DNA from: Thalassospira sp.
GTDB lineage: Bacteria; Pseudomonadota; Alphaproteobacteria; Rhodospirillales; Thalassospiraceae
Reading direction: 5' to 3'
DNA: 64,000 nucleotides
Assembly (NCBI GenBank): GCA_050299455.1
Contig: JBNKVZ010000001.1
Span: forward strand, 28,035 to 92,034
In this document: positions 21,194-32,308 of the stretch, piece after piece
Numbering within the stretch: the stretch's first letter is position 1
How the letters are laid out: each line of letters opens with the position of its first letter
Notes under the pieces: generated by a model
What the model was told of the DNA's origin: nothing
Database searches by the model: none
Seen by the model: the letters and a program-made list of their open reading frames with translations, nothing else
Position numbers and translations under genes: made by a program

Positions 21194-22405
21194 TTATCCC
21201 GTCACCTTGACCCCGTTTCGGCGAATAATATCTGTTGCCGGAACAAAGACAAAACCGGCCGCCTGCATTTTGGGGATCCATTTATTCAAGGCTTCCAGCG
21301 TCAAGTCGCGCGGATGACCAATGGCAACAGCATAGCCCTGTTTGCTGGCAACCTTTTCCACGCGATCCAGCATCTCGCTGATTTTTGCCGTGTCATTTGA
21401 ATCATCAATAAACACATCGCGTTCAATTGCGGGGACGTGAAATTTTTGCGCTTCCTGATACCCGACCGATTTTGCACTGGTTCGCGAGTCCAGGAACATA
21501 AGGCCCCTGGCCTTCATCACCTGCATCACAACGGCCATCCGTTCAGGATCAGCGGTAAACTTGCTGCCCATATGATTATTAACGCCGACATAACCTGAAA
21601 ACCGGTCAAGCATCCAGCTCATTTCATTGAGGATGGCAACCTTGTCATAGCTGGTCAAAAGCGCATGCGGCCCGGGATCAACCACCTTGGAGGTCGGTTC
21701 CATGGGCATATGCAACATGATCTCGTGACCCCGTTTGCGCGCTGTTGCCACCTGTTCGGGTAAATGCGTGGCATATGGCAAATAAGAAAGCGTAATCGGG
21801 GCTGGCAATTCTGCGGCGCGTTCCGTTCGTGGTTTATCAATGCCGGCATCATCAATAATGATGGCAATGACAGGGGCATTTCCGGTATCGGGCACATGGG
21901 TCGCAAATTTTTGCCAAGCCAGTTGTGTGCCCGATGTAACGCCTTTATCTGGCGACGGTAATGCTTTCAGGGATGGTTTTGGTGAGGTCGCCTCATTTGG
22001 CAACGGATTGACCCGTGGCTGCGGTATCGGCTCAATATCATCCGTCGTGCCCTTGTCAGACGGACGTTCGACCATATAGCCCGGCCTGTTTGGGGCATCA
22101 TATCCCTTTGAAAAATCCATTTTCGGCTGTTGTTGACGGCTTGATGGCGCCGATGTGCCAGATGCGGCGTTATTTTGTGCCAGATTACCAACCGCCTTAT
22201 GTGCCGCCCGGTCAAGTTCAAGCATACTTCCCGCCGCAATCATCGCCGACACAGCACCGGCCACCATTGCCGCACCAAGCATCAGCCGCCGAAAGCCACC
22301 AGGCTTTTTAGCTGTTTTCTTTTTTGCCTTCGTTTTACCGCGTGGTGCGGTTTTTTTCTTTTTTGCCGGTGTTGAGCGCCGTGCCACGCCGTCTCTCCAA
22401 TCCAT
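21194..22405 (-). CDS. Divergent polysaccharide deacetylase family protein (YibQ-like)
   Basis: C-terminal domain contains VIAIIIDDAGIDKPRT...LSYLPYA...HEIMLHMPMEP...NNHMGS. The N terminus is Lys-rich and followed by one TM. The first ATG in frame is 22405; the ORF-track start 22438 is a TTG. Confidence 0.8.
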   Translation of the reverse strand: MDWRDGVARRSTPAKKKKTAPRGKTKAKKKTAKKPGGFRRLMLGAAMVAGAVSAMIAAGSMLELDRAAHKAVGNLAQNNAASGTSAPSSRQQQPKMDFSKGYDAPNRPGYMVERPSDKGTTDDIEPIPQPRVNPLPNEATSPKPSLKALPSPDKGVTSGTQLAWQKFATHVPDTGNAPVIAIIIDDAGIDKPRTERAAELPAPITLSYLPYATHLPEQVATARKRGHEIMLHMPMEPTSKVVDPGPHALLTSYDKVAILNEMSWMLDRFSGYVGVNNHMGSKFTADPERMAVVMQVMKARGLMFLDSRTSAKSVGYQEAQKFHVPAIERDVFIDDSNDTAKISEMLDRVEKVASKQGYAVAIGHPRDLTLEALNKWIPKMQAAGFVFVPATDIIRRNGVKVTG

Positions 22406-22616
22406 GAAATTCGGGTCTTGATGCCCATAAAAACGCAAATCCAGTCTGCCCGATACCAGGCAAACCAGTTTCCAGATCTTCTCTGGCAGTGCATTCTTAG
22501 CCGATCTCTGGTTAGCAGCCTGTTAAAGCCTGAAAAACACGACCTCTACCGCTTGACGTAGCGGCAAGGCCGTTTATTCTCGCCCGGTCTAAAACACAGA
22601 AGGCTTCGGGACAGCG

Positions 22617-23189
22617 ATGTATCTGCTCATCGATAATTATGACAGCTTCACATTTAATTTGTGGCATTTTTTACGTGAACTGGGGCCCGAGGTCAAAGTT
22701 GTCCGCAATGACGAAATAAGCGTTAGCGACGCCCTGGCACTGAAGCCAGACGGAATCGTTCTGTCGCCCGGCCCGTGTGACCCTGACCAGGCCGGCATTT
22801 GCGTTGACCTGATCAAGGCTGCTGCCGGACAGATCAAGCTTCTGGGGGTTTGCCTGGGGCATCAGGCCATCGGCGCGGCATTTGGCGGGGATGTTGTGCG
22901 CGCACCACAATGTATGCACGGCAAAACCGACGCCATGCACCATGAAGGCAAAAGCGTTTTTAAAGGCCTGCCAAACCCGGTCACGGCAACACGTTACCAT
23001 TCCCTGGTCGTAGATCGCGCCACCCTGCCCGATTGCCTGGAAATCACGGCGCACAGCAATGACGGGCTGATTATGGGGCTGCGTCATCGCACCCACGAAA
23101 TACATGGTGTCCAGTTTCATCCCGAGAGTATCGCCTCGGAACATGGACACGATCTTTTGAAAAATTTTATCGATTTCTCCGCCGCCTAA
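22617..23189 (+). CDS. trpG: Anthranilate synthase component II / aminodeoxychorismate synthase glutamine amidotransferase
   Basis: 190 aa. Starts [15 protein letters not shown] and has the catalytic GVCLGHQ and HPES motifs. Confidence 0.92.
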   Translation: MYLLIDNYDSFTFNLWHFLRELGPEVKVVRNDEISVSDALALKPDGIVLSPGPCDPDQAGICVDLIKAAAGQIKLLGVCLGHQAIGAAFGGDVVRAPQCMHGKTDAMHHEGKSVFKGLPNPVTATRYHSLVVDRATLPDCLEITAHSNDGLIMGLRHRTHEIHGVQFHPESIASEHGHDLLKNFIDFSAA

Positions 23190-23221
23190 AGTGTCCGGAG
23201 CCAAAATAAGGGGAACATTCC

Positions 23222-24256
23222 ATGTCCACGGAACATGATCTCAAACCGACACTGGCCAAAGTCGCCACTGGCGTAACCCTGAGCGAACAGGAAGCCGAAC
23301 AGGCCTTTGACGTTTTGATGTCGGGCCAGGCAACCCCATCGCAAATGGGGGCGTTTTTGATGGCACTGCGCCTGCGCGGTGAAACGATCGAGGAAATTAC
23401 CGGTGCGGCCCGCGTGATGCGGGCCAAGGCAACCGGCGTTACCGCCAGCCCAGATGCTGTTGATACCTGCGGCACTGGTGGCGATGGCAGCGGCACCTAT
23501 AATATTTCAACTGCGGCCGCAATTGTTGCCGCAGCATGCGGCGCAAAGGTTGCCAAGCATGGCAACCGTGCCGCATCGTCAAAGTCTGGCTCGGCCGACG
23601 TCCTGGCAACACTGGGCGTTAATATCGATGCCGACATATCGCTGCTCGAAAAGTCGCTCAAGCAGATTAACCTGTGTTTCATGATGGCACAGCGCCATCA
23701 TTCAGCAGTTCGCCATGTTATGCCTACCCGCGTTGAAATGGGCACACGGACGATTTTTAACCTGTTGGGGCCGCTTGCAAACCCGGCAAAGACCCAACAA
23801 CAGGTGATTGGCGTCTTTGCCAAAGAATGGGTTGAACCGATTGCACATGTTTTGAACCGCTTGGGATCCCGCCATGCGTGGGTGGTACATGGCGATAGCG
23901 GCCTTGACGAAATTTCCGTCACCGGGCCGACCTTCGTCGCCGAGGTCAAGGATGGCAACGTCACCACCTTTGAAATCAATCCGCAGGATTACGGCATTGC
24001 CCTTTCCACACTTGACGAATTGAAAGGTGGGGATGCACAAACCAATGCAACCGCAATCCGGGAATTACTGGCGGGCAAGAAAAACGCCTATCGCGACATT
24101 GTTTTGCTCAATGCGGCCGCTGCTCTGGTTGTCACCGGGATTGCCAACGATATTGCCGATGGTATCGCACGATGCGAAACCGTCATCGACAATGGCAGCG
24201 CTGCCAAAACGCTTGACCAATTGGTTGCGATATCAAACGAAGGAAATGCAGCATGA
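23222..24256 (+). CDS. trpD: Anthranilate phosphoribosyltransferase
   Basis: 344 aa. Contains [20 protein letters not shown] and [17 protein letters not shown]. Confidence 0.95.
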   Translation: MSTEHDLKPTLAKVATGVTLSEQEAEQAFDVLMSGQATPSQMGAFLMALRLRGETIEEITGAARVMRAKATGVTASPDAVDTCGTGGDGSGTYNISTAAAIVAAACGAKVAKHGNRAASSKSGSADVLATLGVNIDADISLLEKSLKQINLCFMMAQRHHSAVRHVMPTRVEMGTRTIFNLLGPLANPAKTQQQVIGVFAKEWVEPIAHVLNRLGSRHAWVVHGDSGLDEISVTGPTFVAEVKDGNVTTFEINPQDYGIALSTLDELKGGDAQTNATAIRELLAGKKNAYRDIVLLNAAAALVVTGIANDIADGIARCETVIDNGSAAKTLDQLVAISNEGNAA

Positions 24257-25050
24257 GCGACGTGCTTGAAAAAATTTGTAACGACAAGCGCGACCATGTA
24301 AGCGCCTGCAAAGCCCGCAAATCGCTGACTGACCTTAATGCAGAAGCAGCGGCACAATCGGCGCCGCGCGGCTTTATCGCCGCGCTTGAAGCATCCATTG
24401 CCGCAGGACGGTATGGCCTGATTGCCGAAATCAAAAAGGCATCACCGTCAAAAGGCCTGATCCGCGCCGATTTTAACCCGCCAGCCCTGGCCCAGGCTTA
24501 TCAGGCTGGCGGCGCAAGTTGCCTTTCGGTGCTGACCGACATCCCCTATTTTCAGGGGGACGATTCCTATCTGGTTGCGGCCCGTGCGGCGGTTGACTTG
24601 CCGGTATTGCGCAAGGATTTCATGGTTGATCCTTACCAGATTACCGAGGCCCGCGCCCTCGGCGCGGATTGCATTTTGCTGATCATGGCCGCGCTGGAAG
24701 ATAGCCAGGCTGCTGAACTGGAAGCCCAGGCCCATGAATTGGGAATGGATGTATTGGTTGAAGTTCACAATGCGCCTGAACTCGAACGTGCCCTTAAACT
24801 AAAATCAAAGCTTATTGGCATAAACAACCGAAATCTAAAGACTTTGGAAGTATCCCTCACCACAACGGAACAATTGGCCGAAATGGTCGATGACAACCGT
24901 TTACTGGTTTCGGAAAGCGGCATCTTCACGCCTGATGACCTGGCCCGTATGGCAAAAGTGGGCGCAAAATGCTTCCTGATCGGTGAAAGCCTGATGCGAC
25001 AGGATGATGTCGAAGCGGCCACCCGCGCACTTCTGACAAAAGAAAACTGA
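24253..25050 (+). CDS. trpC: Indole-3-glycerol phosphate synthase
   Basis: 265 aa. Contains [18 protein letters not shown] and INNRNL. It overlaps trpD as ATGA. Confidence 0.95.
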   Translation: MSDVLEKICNDKRDHVSACKARKSLTDLNAEAAAQSAPRGFIAALEASIAAGRYGLIAEIKKASPSKGLIRADFNPPALAQAYQAGGASCLSVLTDIPYFQGDDSYLVAARAAVDLPVLRKDFMVDPYQITEARALGADCILLIMAALEDSQAAELEAQAHELGMDVLVEVHNAPELERALKLKSKLIGINNRNLKTLEVSLTTTEQLAEMVDDNRLLVSESGIFTPDDLARMAKVGAKCFLIGESLMRQDDVEAATRALLTKEN

Positions 25051-25093
25051 AATCAAAAGACACCTACGGGTGCGCAACAAGCGGAATGCCACA

Positions 25094-25573
25094 ATGACCC
25101 AAAAACTGACCCATTTTGACGATGGCGGAAATGCCGTGATGGTCGACGTTTCGGCAAAATCGGTAACGGCGCGTACCGCCACGGCCAAGGGCCGCGTTCT
25201 CATGCAGGCTGACACAGCAAAGCTGATTGCAGATCACGGCCATAAAAAAGGCGACGTTCTCGCCATTTCGCAACTTGCCGGTATTATGGGGGCAAAGCGC
25301 ACCGCCGATCTGATCCCGCTTTGTCATCCCCTGCCACTGGACTCGGTTTCCATTACACTTGCCCTGGCCGAGGATGAACCTGCTGTTGATATAACAGCAA
25401 CCTGTAAAACATCCGGCCGGACAGGCGTGGAAATGGAGGCATTAACCGCTGTCTCCGTTACCGCTTTGACAGTATTTGACATGTGCAAGGCTGTCGACAA
25501 GGCCATGCAATTAACCAATATCCGTGTCGTTTACAAAGATGGTGGCAAATCCGGCACTTTCATTGGCGACTGA
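25094..25573 (+). CDS. moaC: Cyclic pyranopterin monophosphate synthase accessory protein
   Basis: 159 aa from ATG 25094 (MTQKLTHFDDGGNAVMVDVS). Also contains LIPLCHPL and GVEMEALTAVSV. Confidence 0.93.
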   Translation: MTQKLTHFDDGGNAVMVDVSAKSVTARTATAKGRVLMQADTAKLIADHGHKKGDVLAISQLAGIMGAKRTADLIPLCHPLPLDSVSITLALAEDEPAVDITATCKTSGRTGVEMEALTAVSVTALTVFDMCKAVDKAMQLTNIRVVYKDGGKSGTFIGD

Positions 25574-25688
25574 ATTTTGAAATAACGTGATCGCTCTTTT
25601 GGTCGTGTCATGATCCGCAGGATAAAATGTTGCGAAATGGCACTTCTTAACTGTTGATATTGACGGCAAGGTGCTTGACCACAGATCA

Positions 25689-25703
25689 GAACCAAAGTAG
25701 AAC
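25689..25703 (+). promoter_or_regulatory. Alphaproteobacterial-type LexA (SOS) box, GAAC-N7-GAAC
   Basis: GAACcaaagtaGAAC lies 45-59 nt upstream of the lexA ATG. The direct-repeat GAAC/GTTC-N7 motif is the established LexA operator in this class. Confidence 0.7.
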
Positions 25704-25747
25704 ATTAATGTATTCGATTTGTTCTTATCTGGGTTTGGGAAAATGCC

Positions 25748-26461
25748 ATGCTGACGCGCAAGCAATATGAATTGCTGGTCTATATCGACAATCACCTTCG
25801 CGATCACGGTATTTCACCTTCTTTCGATGAAATGAAAGAGGCGTTGAACCTTAAATCCAAATCCGGCATTCACCGGCTCATCACCGGGCTTGAGGAACGC
25901 GGTTTCATTCGCCGCCTGGCACACCGCGCCCGCGCCCTTGAAGTGCTGCGCCTGCCCGATAATAACGACGATGATGCCCCTGCAACGCCCAGCTCTGCAC
26001 GCGTTACGCCCATTACATCAGCGCGGAAAACAACTCATCGCCCGGCCATGGTCCCGTCGGCCTTTTCCGAAATTCAGGAAAGCGTCTCCCTGCCCCTTTA
26101 CGGCCGGATCGCCGCTGGTACCCCGATCGAAGCCCTGCGCGATCAAAGCACGCAAGTTCAGGTTCCCGCAGCCCTTTTGGGCACCGGGGAACATTACGCG
26201 CTTGAGGTATCGGGCGATTCCATGATCGAGGCCGGTATTCTCGATGGCGACACGGTCCTGATTCAACGATGCGAACAGGCCAATGATGGCACCATTGTTG
26301 TTGCCCTGGTTGACGATAGCGAAGCGACGCTTAAACGCATCAAACGCGGTTTGGGTCAGGTCCTGTTGGAGCCGGCGAATGCGCGCTATGAAACACGCAC
26401 CCTGCCGCCGGAACGTGTTCAAATTCAGGGCCGCCTGATTGGTCTTCTGCGTCAATATTAA
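25748..26461 (+). CDS. lexA: LexA repressor
   Basis: 237 aa. It has an N-terminal wHTH ([17 protein letters not shown]...[11 protein letters not shown]), the Ala-Gly cleavage region ([10 protein letters not shown]), and the S24 peptidase Ser/Lys residues (GDSM ... LKR). Confidence 0.95.
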   Translation: MLTRKQYELLVYIDNHLRDHGISPSFDEMKEALNLKSKSGIHRLITGLEERGFIRRLAHRARALEVLRLPDNNDDDAPATPSSARVTPITSARKTTHRPAMVPSAFSEIQESVSLPLYGRIAAGTPIEALRDQSTQVQVPAALLGTGEHYALEVSGDSMIEAGILDGDTVLIQRCEQANDGTIVVALVDDSEATLKRIKRGLGQVLLEPANARYETRTLPPERVQIQGRLIGLLRQY

Positions 26462-26479
26462 GCACAACCCCCTGTCAGA

Positions 26480-28642
26480 TCAGCGGCCGCCTATTATAAT
26501 CCAGGGCCACTTGCCGCTGGTCTGTCTGACGGTCACGTAATGCGCTGGTCCTTGGTGATCGCCAAGGAAAACAGCAACACCGCCTTGCCACCACAAAACA
26601 TCGTCATCCACAATCAACGGCGATTTTCCCGATCCCTTGCATGCCGACACCGGAAAATCCTGTTTCAGGATAACGATCACATCCGCATGGCGGCAAAGGT
26701 AAAATGGGTTGTCTATTTTTTCTGAAATAACAATCGCTTTACCATTTTTCTTAAACCAACATCTTTGCTGATCACAGCGCGTGTCAGCCCTTTTATCCGG
26801 CGCAAAACCGGTCCCAAATCGGGCATTCCAAATATCCCGATGAAAACGGCTGATCCTGTCATTGAAAACCAGATCATCTTCTTGATTGCGATAAAATGCC
26901 CAATCTTTCTGGTCCCCTCCCACCAAAAAGTCCGGCGATTGAGCAAAGAAAAAGGCTATCGCGCCCCCCACGGCCGGTAAGATCGCAAATAGCCACAACA
27001 CATGCTGTCGCCAAATCACCAGCCACAACAACGCCATCATGATAAAAATGACGGCCAGAGCAGAAGGCTGCGCAATATGCCACAGCCCCCAATCCTGACG
27101 GCCAACGAGATGCGCAAGTGCAATGAGAAGGTCGAGGCCCGGCGCAAGAAAACCAAGGGCGATTCCTTCCAGCCCAAAAGGCAACAAAACCAATACCGCA
27201 ACAATACCGGGCATGATCCAGAACGCCATCAGGGGAATCGCAACCAGATTTGACACTACGCCCAAAAGCGAAATGCGCCCGAAATGAAAACCAATGATGG
27301 GGGCTGTCACCGCCGTCACCATGATGCCGGTAATAAACAAGGCAAAGAGATATCGGCCAATACGCTGCCAAACAGGCAAATCACGCTGCGGCGATACCAG
27401 CAGCCCCCCACGCCCCTGATAAAATGCAACAAGCGCTGTCACCGCCGCAAATGAGAGCTGAAAGCTGGCTCCTAAAATCGCGTCAGGACGCAAAACCATC
27501 ACAATGACAGCGGCAATCGCCACCAACCGCAAAGATATGGCGCGGCGATCCACCAGCACGGCAAACAGGACGATTGCCGTCATCACGAATGCACGTTGGG
27601 TTGGCACCGTTGCCCCCGATAGCAACAGGTAAAAGCCACCAATGACAAAGCCCGCCATCGCCGCCCATTTTTTGATCGGATAGCGCAAGGCAACAGATGG
27701 CAACAACGCCAACCCGAACCGCACCGTGAAAAACACCACCCCGCATAGCAACCCCATATGAAGCCCAGAAATCGCCAATAAATGGGCCAAACCGGATTTG
27801 CGTAAATTTTCGGCCAGGTCCGGTGCAACGCCGCCGCGTTCACCAACCAAAATGGCATTGGCCAGCCCGGCCTTAACCGGTTCTAAGCCGCTGTTAATTC
27901 GTGCCATAATCGCCAGACGAATCTTTTCAATGGCCTGAAAAAATCCTGTTTGAGGTGCCTGATCACGATCAATTCGGTAACTGCGCCCCAAAACAAAACC
28001 AGTTGCACCCATCCCGTCAAAATACAGGTTTCTGGCAAAATCGGGGTCGCCAGGTGTCTCAGGCACACTCAGCGGAAAGATCTTGGCCTTTCCACTAAAA
28101 AAATCGCCCGGCTGCGCGTCGATATCGCCCCGGATCGATAACCGAACCTTTCGGGGGAGTTTATCTTGGGATAAACCCGCAATACCCTCCGGGGCGATCA
28201 CCAATCGGGTTCGTCCGTTACGTGGCTCCAGCGACAGAATTTTGCCCTGCAAATTTTCGCTATAAAGTGTTTTCTTAAGAACCGGTCCTTGCAGCTTGTA
28301 TAAATGCGCCTGAACAATGCCCCCACCTGCCAGGGCAAAAACCAGCATCAAGCAGCAAAAAAACGGGATCACATAGTGACGACTCAGCCACATGCCGGCG
28401 ATTGCGATCGGCAGCGCGATCACCAACAAAACATCCGAAGGTTGCGTCTTAAGCGAAAAATAAACCGCCTGACCCAACCCCAGGAACATGGCGCATGACA
28501 AAATCCATTTTTCCCGGTCCTCTGCCAACGCTGTTGCAAGATGCTCAGAAACAACGTTAAGACCTTGAAAAAAATTAATTTGTCGCCATCTTATGCGACG
28601 AATGTTTAATGGTATAACGTGCCTCGGGCTTTTATCTATCAT
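26480..28642 (-). CDS. comEC: ComEC/Rec2 family competence-type inner-membrane channel protein
   Basis: Polytopic membrane protein containing the ComEC competence domain ([16 protein letters not shown]). The start is uncertain: the ORF-track start 28705 is a TTG, and the first ATG is 28642. Confidence 0.8.
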   Translation of the reverse strand: MIDKSPRHVIPLNIRRIRWRQINFFQGLNVVSEHLATALAEDREKWILSCAMFLGLGQAVYFSLKTQPSDVLLVIALPIAIAGMWLSRHYVIPFFCCLMLVFALAGGGIVQAHLYKLQGPVLKKTLYSENLQGKILSLEPRNGRTRLVIAPEGIAGLSQDKLPRKVRLSIRGDIDAQPGDFFSGKAKIFPLSVPETPGDPDFARNLYFDGMGATGFVLGRSYRIDRDQAPQTGFFQAIEKIRLAIMARINSGLEPVKAGLANAILVGERGGVAPDLAENLRKSGLAHLLAISGLHMGLLCGVVFFTVRFGLALLPSVALRYPIKKWAAMAGFVIGGFYLLLSGATVPTQRAFVMTAIVLFAVLVDRRAISLRLVAIAAVIVMVLRPDAILGASFQLSFAAVTALVAFYQGRGGLLVSPQRDLPVWQRIGRYLFALFITGIMVTAVTAPIIGFHFGRISLLGVVSNLVAIPLMAFWIMPGIVAVLVLLPFGLEGIALGFLAPGLDLLIALAHLVGRQDWGLWHIAQPSALAVIFIMMALLWLVIWRQHVLWLFAILPAVGGAIAFFFAQSPDFLVGGDQKDWAFYRNQEDDLVFNDRISRFHRDIWNARFGTGFAPDKRADTRCDQQRCWFKKNGKAIVISEKIDNPFYLCRHADVIVILKQDFPVSACKGSGKSPLIVDDDVLWWQGGVAVFLGDHQGPAHYVTVRQTSGKWPWIIIGGR

Positions 28643-28737
28643 CCACTGTGGTGCAACAGCATTCCGAATATGATATAGCCTGCACGCCAAATGTCTTAAC
28701 GACAAGCGACAACATCCAGAAAAAATGGATAAAGCGA

Positions 28738-30147
28738 ATGACGGTTGTTACCCGTTTTGCCCCGTCTCCGACAGGGTTCCTGCATATTGGCGGTGCCCGT
28801 ACCGCCCTTTATAACTGGCTTTATGCCAAACATACCGGCGGCAAATTTCTGCTGCGTATTGAAGATACCGACCGCGAACGTTCGACCCCCGAAGCTGTCG
28901 AAGCGATTTTTGCCGGTTTGAACTGGCTGGGCCTGAACGCTGACGAAGAACCTGTCATGCAGTTCGCCCGCCGGGATCGTCATGCCGAGGTTGCCCACAG
29001 CCTGGTTGAGGCCGGCAAAGCATATTTTTGCTATTGCTCGCCCGAAGAACTGACTGAAATGCGCGAAAAGGCCCGCGCAGAAGGCCGCCCGATGAAGTAT
29101 GACGGCCGCTGGCGTGACCGCGATGCAAGCGAAGCGCCGGAAGGTATTAAACCTGTCGTTCGCCTGAAAGCACCGCTTGAAGGAGATTCTGTCATCCAGG
29201 ATCAGGTTCAGGGTGAAGTAAGGGTGGCGAACGACCAACTCGACGACTATATCATCCTGCGTGCCGATGGCACACCTACCTATATGCTCTCTGTCGTGGT
29301 TGATGACCATGACATGGGCATTACCCACGTTATTCGCGGTGATGATCACTTGACCAACGCATTTCGCCAAAAAGCGTTATATGACGCAATGGGCTGGGAT
29401 GTTCCCACCTTTGCGCATATCCCGCTTATTCACGGCCCCGATGGGGCAAAGCTTTCCAAGCGTCACGGTGCGCTTGGGGTTGAGGCCTATCGTGATGAAA
29501 TGGGGTTCCTGCCCGAAGCCATCAACAATTATTTGTTGCGTCTGGGCTGGGGACATGGCGATGACGAGGTCATCTCGACCGAGCAAGCCATTGAATGGTT
29601 TGACATTGCCGATGTTGGCAAAGGCGCATCGCGCTTTGACTTTGCCAAACTCACCAACCTGAACGGAATTTATATACGTCAGGCTGATGATGCACGCCTT
29701 GCTGATCTTATTGCACCTACCGTTGCGGCTGAAATTGGCGCCAGCGATTTAGATGCAGTGCAAAAACAAACCTTGATCAAGGGCATGTCAGGGCTTAAAG
29801 AAAGAGCCAAGACTCTTAACGATTTGGCTCAATCTGCCACTTTCTATGTCTCAAGTGGCGTCCTATCTTTCAATGACAAGGCACAGGCATTGATTGACGG
29901 TGCCCCCGCCGGACTGTTTGCTGCATTGGCGAACGAACTGGCTGGTCTCGAAACCTGGCACGAAGAAGCCATTGAGACTGTTGTCAAACAGTTAGCAGAA
30001 AGCAAAGACCTGAAACTGGGCAAAGTCGCTCAGCCTTTGCGCGCTGTTTTAACAGGCTCCAATTCTTCACCGGGCATTTTTGAAGTAATGCACGTGCTCG
30101 GTAAACCCGAAACGCTGAACCGCATCAAAAAATATGAGGCGGCATAA
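28738..30147 (+). CDS. gltX: Glutamate--tRNA ligase
   Basis: 469 aa from ATG 28738 ([23 protein letters not shown]). The HIGH and KLSKR class I signatures are present. Confidence 0.95.
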   Translation: MTVVTRFAPSPTGFLHIGGARTALYNWLYAKHTGGKFLLRIEDTDRERSTPEAVEAIFAGLNWLGLNADEEPVMQFARRDRHAEVAHSLVEAGKAYFCYCSPEELTEMREKARAEGRPMKYDGRWRDRDASEAPEGIKPVVRLKAPLEGDSVIQDQVQGEVRVANDQLDDYIILRADGTPTYMLSVVVDDHDMGITHVIRGDDHLTNAFRQKALYDAMGWDVPTFAHIPLIHGPDGAKLSKRHGALGVEAYRDEMGFLPEAINNYLLRLGWGHGDDEVISTEQAIEWFDIADVGKGASRFDFAKLTNLNGIYIRQADDARLADLIAPTVAAEIGASDLDAVQKQTLIKGMSGLKERAKTLNDLAQSATFYVSSGVLSFNDKAQALIDGAPAGLFAALANELAGLETWHEEAIETVVKQLAESKDLKLGKVAQPLRAVLTGSNSSPGIFEVMHVLGKPETLNRIKKYEAA

Positions 30148-30259
30148 CAGTACCAAAAAAATGTCGGGAAAACTTTAGTCTGTTTGCGCTTTGTGCGCTG
30201 CGGCATTATGCTGCACACAACCGAAAACCATGTTCGTTAACAGGGAAGGAAAAAAAGTC

Positions 30260-31567
30260 ATGGCTCACAATTCCAAGACTTCCCATACCGTGACGCTAAC
30301 CGACAATTCCAATGGTAAGTCGTATGAGCTTCCGGTTCTTGAGGGAAACATTGGACCGTCGGTCATCGATATCCGCAAACTCTATGCAGATACCGGTTAC
30401 TTCACCTATGACCCCGGCTTTACCTCGACTGGCAGCTGTGAATCGACGATTACCTATATTGATGGCGACAAGGGCGTTCTGCGTCACCGTGGCTATGCAA
30501 TCGACGATCTGGCTGAAAAAGCTGACTTCCTTGAAGTTTGCTACTTGCTGCTTTACGGCGACCTGCCGAACAAGGCAGAACGCGACAAATTCCGTGGCGA
30601 CATCACCATGCACACAATGGTGCATGAACAGATGCGCAACTTCTATAACGGTTTCCGTCGTGACGCCCACCCGATGGCGATCATGTGTGGCTCAGTTGGT
30701 GCCATGTCTGCTTTCTATCATGACAGCACCGACATCAATGACCCGAACCAGCGCCTGATTTCGGCTTATCGCCTGATTGCGAAAATGCCGACCATCGCGG
30801 CGATGGCATATAAATATTCCATCGGTCAGCCGTTCCAGTATCCGAACAACAACCTGTCATATGCAGAAAACTTCCTGTCTATGATGTTTGGCGTTCCGTG
30901 CGAAAAATACAACGTCAACCCGGTTCTGGCAAAAGCAATGGATCGTATCCTGATCCTCCATGCTGACCATGAACAGAATGCGTCGACCTCGACCGTTCGT
31001 TTGGCCGGTTCTTCGGGCGCAAACCCGTTTGCCTGTATTGCTGCTGGTATTGCCTCGCTTTGGGGCCCGGCACATGGCGGCGCAAACGAAGCCGTTCTGA
31101 AGATGCTGAACCAGATCGGTGATGTGAAACACATCCCTGACTTCGTTAACAAAGCCAAAGACAAGAACGATCCGTTCCGTCTGATGGGCTTTGGGCACCG
31201 GGTTTACAAAAACTACGACCCGCGCGCGAAGGTAATGCAGGCAACCTGCCATGAAGTTCTTAAAGAACTCAATGTTCAGGACCCACTTCTCGATGTTGCA
31301 CAGGAACTCGAACGCATCGCACGCGAAGACGATTATTTCGTCGAAAAGAAACTGTACCCGAATGTCGATTTCTATTCGGGCATCATTTTCAAGGCGATGG
31401 GCATTCCCGAAAGCATGTTCACCGTTCTGTTCGCCGTTGCACGTACGGTTGGCTGGATCGCCCAGTGGAAGGAAATGATCGAAGATCCTTCACAGAAAAT
31501 TGGTCGTCCGCGTCAGCTTTTCATCGGCGATGTCGAACGCGAATTCAAGGACGTCGATGCCCGCTAA
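30260..31567 (+). CDS. gltA: Citrate synthase (type II)
   Basis: 435 aa from ATG 30260, with SD GGAAGGA upstream. Contains [14 protein letters not shown] and the [11 protein letters not shown] active-site region. Confidence 0.96.
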   Translation: MAHNSKTSHTVTLTDNSNGKSYELPVLEGNIGPSVIDIRKLYADTGYFTYDPGFTSTGSCESTITYIDGDKGVLRHRGYAIDDLAEKADFLEVCYLLLYGDLPNKAERDKFRGDITMHTMVHEQMRNFYNGFRRDAHPMAIMCGSVGAMSAFYHDSTDINDPNQRLISAYRLIAKMPTIAAMAYKYSIGQPFQYPNNNLSYAENFLSMMFGVPCEKYNVNPVLAKAMDRILILHADHEQNASTSTVRLAGSSGANPFACIAAGIASLWGPAHGGANEAVLKMLNQIGDVKHIPDFVNKAKDKNDPFRLMGFGHRVYKNYDPRAKVMQATCHEVLKELNVQDPLLDVAQELERIAREDDYFVEKKLYPNVDFYSGIIFKAMGIPESMFTVLFAVARTVGWIAQWKEMIEDPSQKIGRPRQLFIGDVEREFKDVDAR

Positions 31568-31620
31568 GCGCGGTCTATCGAACTTCCTTGTCAGACCGAA
31601 CGGCTGACAAAAAACCTTTA

Positions 31621-31649
31621 ACTCCCTGCCCCGCGGCAGGGAGTTTTTT
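31621..31649 (+). terminator. Intrinsic terminator downstream of gltA
   Basis: ACTCCCTGCC ccgc GGCAGGGAGT followed by TTTTT. Confidence 0.85.
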
Positions 31650-31672
31650 ATTGGGCACAGCAGTTCCCAAAT

Positions 31673-31699
31673 AAAAAAAGCCCCCGTCATGAAACGGGG
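31673..31699 (-). terminator. Intrinsic terminator downstream of gloA
   Basis: Minus strand reads CCCCGT ttcatg ACGGGG followed by GCTTTTTTTATTT. Confidence 0.7.
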
Positions 31700-31748
31700 A
31701 CTTTTCTAGAATAATCTTGGGCAGATAACGCTGCCCAATGCTGAGAAA

Positions 31749-32189
31749 TTACCAGCTACCGGTATTGCCCATGCTGGCCCAGGGTTCTGCAGGCGCAAGC
31801 GATTCGCCTTGTTGCAGCAACTCGATGGAAATACCATCGGGCGACCGGACAAAGGCCATATGACCATCGCGCGGCGGACGGTTAATGGTAACACCAGCAT
31901 CCATCAATTTTTGGCACAGCGCGTAAATGTCTTCGACCTCATAAGCAAGATGGCCAAAGTTACGGCCTCCGTCATATTCTTCCGGGTCCCAATTATAGGT
32001 CAGTTCAAGTTCCGGTGTTTTATGAGCCTTGGCATTCGGCACATCCTGTGCTGGCGCAAGATAAATCAGGGTGAAACGCCCCTTTTCACTTTCGATACGG
32101 CGTGTTTCTTCCATACCAAGCAGGTTGCAATAAAAATTCATCGAGGCTTCAACGTCCTTGACGCGCACCATCGTATGCAAATAACGCAT
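31749..32189 (-). CDS. gloA: Lactoylglutathione lyase (glyoxalase I, VOC family)
   Basis: 146 aa. Contains MRYLHTMVRVKDVEASMNFYCNLLGM, ELTYNW and GHLAYEV. Confidence 0.85.
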   Translation of the reverse strand: MRYLHTMVRVKDVEASMNFYCNLLGMEETRRIESEKGRFTLIYLAPAQDVPNAKAHKTPELELTYNWDPEEYDGGRNFGHLAYEVEDIYALCQKLMDAGVTINRPPRDGHMAFVRSPDGISIELLQQGESLAPAEPWASMGNTGSW

Positions 32190-32308
32190 AAAAACAGACT
32201 CCGATCTAATCCTTTGAAATGACGAAAACTTAAAGCAAATCAGCGATCTTGAGAACCGACAAGTTCAAAAACTTTCGCCCACTCGTAAGTACGTCCTTCA
32301 AATCTGGT

